A DNA stretch of 62,871 nt from a virus (lineage: Duplodnaviria; Caudoviricetes), in IMG/VR virus record IMGVR_UViG_3300042381_000268, positions 1 through 62,871 of that record; one strand, given 5' to 3'. Shown here piece by piece: positions 58,818 to 62,871 of this stretch. Numbering within the stretch: the stretch's first letter is position 1; the number at the start of each line of letters is the position of its first letter. The notes under the pieces were generated by a model. That model was not told the origin of the DNA, ran no database searches, and worked only from the letters and a program-made list of their open reading frames with translations. The position numbers were made by a program, and so were the translations under genes.

Positions 58818-58874
58818 TACTTACAATCAAAACACGAATAACAATTGATAATATTAATATAAAAACAAATTAAT

Positions 58875-59177
58875 ATGAGTGATGAAGAAATCGAAAAACT
58901 TGCAGAATTAATATTCCAAAAGTTATTACAAAAAGAAAAAGAATATATTGACGGTATGGAATTACCTATTACCTGGGTGGCAGATAATACTACTGGCGAC
59001 TGGTATAAAGTTTCTTTCTCCGGTCCTGGATCTAGTAAAGATCTATTAATGCAGCGATTAGTAGCATTGAATATTGAAAAACAAGAGCTAATAGAAAAAG
59101 AAGATTATGAGGAGTTAATTAAATTACAAGAAAGAATAGATGGAATAAAAGAACAATTAAAAAAATATAAGGACTAG
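58875..59177 (+). CDS. Hypothetical protein with UVR-like C-terminal coiled coil
   Basis: LIEKEDYEELIKLQERI. Confidence 0.65.
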   Translation: MSDEEIEKLAELIFQKLLQKEKEYIDGMELPITWVADNTTGDWYKVSFSGPGSSKDLLMQRLVALNIEKQELIEKEDYEELIKLQERIDGIKEQLKKYKD

Positions 59178-59188
59178 CGTACAATAAT

Positions 59189-59233
59189 GCGACGTTAGTT
59201 AATTAATATATAAAAGTAATAAGCTAATGTCAC
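59189..59233. repeat. Long-spacer inverted repeat, copy C, overlapping the ATG at 59227
   Basis: GCGACGTTAG-N25-CTAATGTCAC. Confidence 0.8.
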
Positions 59234-59847
59234 ACGATCGTAATCTAGAATTTCTAAATAAAAGAAAAGTGATATATAGAAGAGGACCAATTAATGATAA
59301 ACCTTCTGAAGAATTTGAATGGGGTTATTATTATGAACAAGGCACACACGAGTGTTATGAACTATTCAGAAGCAAAGCTAAAATACCAACATATAAGTCA
59401 TTAAAATGGCATTTGTATGTGTTATGGTATCTTAATCCTAATATGGACCAGAATGAGTTTGAAACAACTGTGAGGCATGTATGTGATAGAAAGAATGGGT
59501 TTGTAACTTTCAATGTTAGTGAACAATTACTACAGAATATGATGTATGAAGTTTCATTAAAAGATCTTGAAGAACCTCCTAATAACAAGCAACGTAAAAT
59601 TATATTCAAAGACAGTTGCCAATTAACATTAACCGAAAAGTTATCTATTGTAGGTAAGATAATTGGTAAAACTAAACGGATAAACGAATCTGACATTTAC
59701 GATGCAATGCTATACATTCACGATCTTAATCAAAAAATAACAATCAACAAATTAGCAGAACATTTTGGGTGCACAACAAGAACAATACATCGCAATATGA
59801 GTAATGAGTTAAAAAAAGAAAAAGAATTACTAAATCAAAGTATATGA
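59227..59847 (+). CDS. DNA-binding protein with C-terminal HTH (regulator or replication initiator)
   Basis: KITINKLAEHFGCTTRTIHRNM. Confidence 0.75.
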   Translation: MSHDRNLEFLNKRKVIYRRGPINDKPSEEFEWGYYYEQGTHECYELFRSKAKIPTYKSLKWHLYVLWYLNPNMDQNEFETTVRHVCDRKNGFVTFNVSEQLLQNMMYEVSLKDLEEPPNNKQRKIIFKDSCQLTLTEKLSIVGKIIGKTKRINESDIYDAMLYIHDLNQKITINKLAEHFGCTTRTIHRNMSNELKKEKELLNQSI

Positions 59848-60044
59848 CACTAAAAGAAAAGTTTAGACCACACGCAAAATATTGGGATTGTTATAATGAT
59901 GAACCATTGAAATATGACCACGAAAATAAATGTGTAAAAATAGCAGATGAATTTGCTATTGAATTTGCAGAGTGGTTATTTAATATTGATAAAGAATTAT
60001 TAAAAAAACAATTAAATCATTTTAAACAAGAAAAAAGATTATGA
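59844..60044 (+). CDS. Small paralogous protein
   Basis: IADEFAIEFAEWL motif. Confidence 0.7.
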   Translation: MTLKEKFRPHAKYWDCYNDEPLKYDHENKCVKIADEFAIEFAEWLFNIDKELLKKQLNHFKQEKRL

Positions 60045-60226
60045 CACTAAAAGAACAATTTATAGATGCATTTAAGTCTGGTAAAAGATTTGACATTCAA
60101 AATGCAGAAGTAATAGCAGATGAATTTGCTATTGGATTTGCAGATTGGCTTATTAAAAGAGAAACAAAATATTTTGAATCACTTAAAGAACTATTAGAAA
60201 TCTATAAAAAAGAACAAGGATTATGA
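60041..60226 (+). CDS. Small paralogous protein
   Basis: IADEFAIGFADWL and ELLEIYKKEQGL. Confidence 0.7.
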   Translation: MTLKEQFIDAFKSGKRFDIQNAEVIADEFAIGFADWLIKRETKYFESLKELLEIYKKEQGL

Positions 60227-60501
60227 AACAAGAAGACAATAATATGATTACTACTTGGCTTAAAAATAATAGTGATCCACAAATTGAAATAAAAGTATTA
60301 AATGAAGCTATTGATAAATTAATAGAACAATTACAAATGGCTTATTTACAAGCAGACGAATCCGCTATTGGATTTTTACAATGGGCAAATGAAAATTATG
60401 ACTATTATCATGGCGATGGTGAATATCATAACAGTTCTAAAAATAAATGGTACAAAGTAGAAGAGTTATTAGAAATCTATAAAAAAGAACAAGGATTATG
60501 A
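60223..60501 (+). CDS. Small paralogous protein
   Basis: ADESAIGFLQWA and ELLEIYKKEQGL. Confidence 0.7.
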   Translation: MKQEDNNMITTWLKNNSDPQIEIKVLNEAIDKLIEQLQMAYLQADESAIGFLQWANENYDYYHGDGEYHNSSKNKWYKVEELLEIYKKEQGL

Positions 60502-61262
60502 AAAGTTATAACATACCAAATTACATAAGGTACAAGGAAGATATAAAACAAGTTAATAAGGATAATAACTCTGATAATTTTCATTTATATTCTAGAAATA
60601 ATCTTATTACACGTTTTCTTCCATTAGTAGAGAATATTGCTAAAAAGTTTTCAACTACTACAGAAGCGTGTGGCATATTAGATATTACAGATCTTATTCA
60701 ATGTGGATCAATTGGCCTTATACAAGCAGTTGATAAAATAGAATGGGATACTATTAAAGAAAGCGATCATAAAGAAAGTACATTAAAATCTTTTCTATCA
60801 AAAAGAATTAAAGGCTCTATTAGACGCGCTATTGATATTAATAGAGGTTCAATTAAAATTCCGGAGCATAAGTTAAATGAAATACGTAAGGACAATAGTA
60901 AAGATCATAGATTAGTTGCAATGTTTTTTAATTCCATATTTTTAAGCATTGATGAACAAATTAATGATGATGACGATGGTAATATGTTATATCAAATTCC
61001 GGATCAATCCGAAGTTTACAATATAAATTTAATGAATCTTTATTTAACTAGTTTACTTAAAAAGCATTTAGATAATCGTGAGTTTGAAGTATTAAGATTA
61101 AGTTATGGATTAGATTGTGATAAACATTCTGCTAATGAAATTGCAAGCAAATTAGGCATTGAAGGAGCAACAGCTTATGTTAAAATTTCAGAGATAAAAA
61201 AGCAAGCAATTCAAAAGTTAATTGACAATGTAGATTCCTCACAAGTCATTGATTACCTATAA
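60498..61262 (+). CDS. Phage sigma-70 family RNA polymerase sigma factor
   Basis: Region 2 PLVENIAKKF..DLIQCGSIGLIQAVDK; region 4 LDNREFEVLRLSYGL..SANEIASKLG. Confidence 0.88.
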   Translation: MKSYNIPNYIRYKEDIKQVNKDNNSDNFHLYSRNNLITRFLPLVENIAKKFSTTTEACGILDITDLIQCGSIGLIQAVDKIEWDTIKESDHKESTLKSFLSKRIKGSIRRAIDINRGSIKIPEHKLNEIRKDNSKDHRLVAMFFNSIFLSIDEQINDDDDGNMLYQIPDQSEVYNINLMNLYLTSLLKKHLDNREFEVLRLSYGLDCDKHSANEIASKLGIEGATAYVKISEIKKQAIQKLIDNVDSSQVIDYL

Positions 61263-61311
61263 GTTAAACTTAAAATTAGTCCCAAAAATATACTAAATAT
61301 GGGACAAAACA

Positions 61312-61321
61312 CGTAATTATA
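61312..61321 (+). promoter_or_regulatory. Class-2 promoter-like motif CGTAATTATA, preceded by a GTCCCA/TGGGAC hairpin (61279-61305)
   Basis: Similar motif on the minus strand at 18845-54, 27619-28, 38087-96, 41561-70 and 49035-44. Confidence 0.6.
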
Positions 61322-61355
61322 ATAATATATAAACTAAACCAATTAAATCAAATAT

Positions 61356-61916
61356 ATGGCAAAAACAGAAGAAAAAGAATTAACGTTAAATGAGAAACTT
61401 GCAGTCATACAGACTAAGTTTAAATCTAAGAAATCTAGGTTTAATTCATTTGGCAAGTACAATTTTAGGTCAGCAGAAGATATCTTAGAAGCTACTAAAC
61501 CGTACTTGTTAGAATTAAATGTATCAGTAACAATTAACGAAAGGCTATTGGAAAGTAACTTCTTGCAATTCCCTATGCTGGAATCAACAGCGACTATTTC
61601 AGACAATTTATCTTCAATCAATGCAACAGCAATTGTTGGTATAGATTTAGATCAAAAAGGTATGCAGATGCCACAAAAGTTTGGTTCAGCATCTAGTTAT
61701 GGTAAGAAGTATGCATTAGGTAATCTATTCTTAATTGATGATACACAAGATCCAGATCATGGAAAAGCAGAACCTGTTGATAAAGCTAAACTTGATGTTA
61801 AAGATGCAGCGTTTGAAAAAGCAAAAGCATTTATAACAAATGGTGGATCTATTGATACTATTAAAAATAAATATGCTTTATCAAAGGAAGCAGATGAAAT
61901 TTTATCCACCTTATAG
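61356..61916 (+). CDS. ERF-family single-strand annealing protein
   Basis: YNFRSAEDIL and GSASSYGKKYALGNLFLIDD..DPD motifs. Confidence 0.9.
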   Translation: MAKTEEKELTLNEKLAVIQTKFKSKKSRFNSFGKYNFRSAEDILEATKPYLLELNVSVTINERLLESNFLQFPMLESTATISDNLSSINATAIVGIDLDQKGMQMPQKFGSASSYGKKYALGNLFLIDDTQDPDHGKAEPVDKAKLDVKDAAFEKAKAFITNGGSIDTIKNKYALSKEADEILSTL

Positions 61917-62654
61917 ATGACTAATAAACAAAAAATAATAGAAAGGTTAAGGAATGATGAAGACTACTATGGAGAATTTGGTAAACAATACTTAAGTAAC
62001 TCTAATATAGAAACATTATTAACTAATCCTTTGCTATTGAGACAACCTCAACCTCCAAATATTAATTTTGCTATTGGCGGTTACTTTCATACTTTAATAT
62101 TAGAACCTGATAAGCTAGAGAAATATAAAGTTGTAGAGGCAACCACTAGAAATACTAATAAATATAAAGAATTATCAGGTGATGAAATATGTTTGTTACA
62201 ACATGAGGTTGATAAAATAGAACGTATGCGGGATGTAGTATTAGATAATGATATCTGCAGAGACCTTATAAGAGGTTTGAATATAGAATATGAAACACCA
62301 GGTATTGCTGAAATATTTGGGGCAATGTGGAAGGGTAAGGCGGATATAATTAATCACGACCATAAGTTGGTAATAGATTTAAAAACAACGTCTGATATAT
62401 CAGCATTCCCTTATTCAGCAAAGAAATATAATTATGACAGTCAAGCATATATATATAGATTATTATTTGGCTATGACTTAGTATTTATAGCAATAGACAA
62501 AACCACAAACCAGGTAGGTATATTTGATTGTTCAGATAAATTCCTATTAAATGGTGAAGACAAAGTCAGACGAGCAGTAGATGCTTATCAATTATTTTAT
62601 GAAACCGAGGGATTTGATCCCAAACAATTTTTATTAACTAAAACCCTTAATTAA
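61917..62654 (+). CDS. PD-(D/E)XK exonuclease (RecE/ExoVIII-like)
   Basis: LSNS, G..FHTLILEP, KGKADI, IDLKTT and YDSQAYIY motifs. Confidence 0.85.
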   Translation: MTNKQKIIERLRNDEDYYGEFGKQYLSNSNIETLLTNPLLLRQPQPPNINFAIGGYFHTLILEPDKLEKYKVVEATTRNTNKYKELSGDEICLLQHEVDKIERMRDVVLDNDICRDLIRGLNIEYETPGIAEIFGAMWKGKADIINHDHKLVIDLKTTSDISAFPYSAKKYNYDSQAYIYRLLFGYDLVFIAIDKTTNQVGIFDCSDKFLLNGEDKVRRAVDAYQLFYETEGFDPKQFLLTKTLN

Positions 62655-62871
62655 TGGCAAGTATTATTAAAGCAAGTATCAATTTAAATGAAATTCCTAA
62701 AAACAAGATTATAGATGGCAAGAAAGGAAAATACCTTCCCATAACTATAACAATTAACGATGAAGTAGACCAGTTTGGTAACCAAGGACCAATACAAGTT
62801 GAACAATCAAAAGAAGAAAGAGAATCAAAAGCAGCAAAAGTATATCTTGGTAACGTAAAAGTTGTATGGAC
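62654..62871 (+). CDS. Probable ssDNA-binding protein (3'-truncated)
   Basis: MASIIKASINL..GKKGKYL...DQFGN...SKEERE...YLGN; follows ERF and exonuclease. Confidence 0.6.
   Translation, partial: MASIIKASINLNEIPKNKIIDGKKGKYLPITITINDEVDQFGNQGPIQVEQSKEERESKAAKVYLGNVKVVW

Larger units (their letters stand above)
49519..58854 (+). promoter_or_regulatory. 13 dispersed copies of the early promoter-like motif TACA-N7-YACGA-N8-TGATAATAT
   Basis: Starts at 49519, 49840, 50096, 50557, 50970 (TACG), 51095, 51505, 52374, 53655, 54508, 54841, 56309 and 58822; spacing invariant. Confidence 0.9.

Noticed and set aside
49519-58854. Repeated motif as a CRISPR array or attC-type cassette sites
   Set aside because: Copies are gapped, non-palindromic, irregularly spaced (125 bp to 2.5 kb) and lie upstream of genes; no cas or integrase gene is present.
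1-62871. Stop-codon reassignment, introns/inteins, or prophage status
   Set aside because: Genes are intact and densely packed in the standard code; terL and nrdJ appear uninterrupted; no integrase or flanking host genes were seen.

Overview
A 62.9 kb AT-rich segment of a probably lytic, podovirus-type dsDNA phage, most likely infecting Bacteroidota (AT-rich translation starts without Shine-Dalgarno motifs; head/tail genes resembling flavobacterial and crAss-related phages). There are three blocks. (1) 1-5184 (+): nucleotide metabolism, including a ThyA-fold enzyme, MazG-like proteins, endonuclease I and class II RNR. (2) 5272-49010 (-): virion, lysis and chaperonin genes. (3) 49575-62871 (+): small early genes, tRNA-like RNAs, an HTH protein, a sigma-70 factor, ERF, an exonuclease and a probable SSB. 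The main candidate novel system is a 3050-aa virion protein that looks like a self-processing polyprotein. A zincin HExxH domain is followed by cargo segments bracketed by repeated [KR]-[FY]-S-[KL]-[TS] motifs, including a sigma-70 region-2-like domain and a HAD phosphatase. This pairs with 13 identically spaced TACA-N7-YACGA-N8-TGATAATAT early promoter-like elements and a second promoter class, suggesting a two-sigma cascade started by an injected sigma. Also notable: a ThyA with the Asn-to-Asp change typical of dCMP specificity, three long-spacer inverted repeats (one over the HTH gene start), a clustered TGCTATAC octamer, and tRNA-like RNAs with aberrant anticodon arms. All assignments were made by eye from motifs; no database searches were run.
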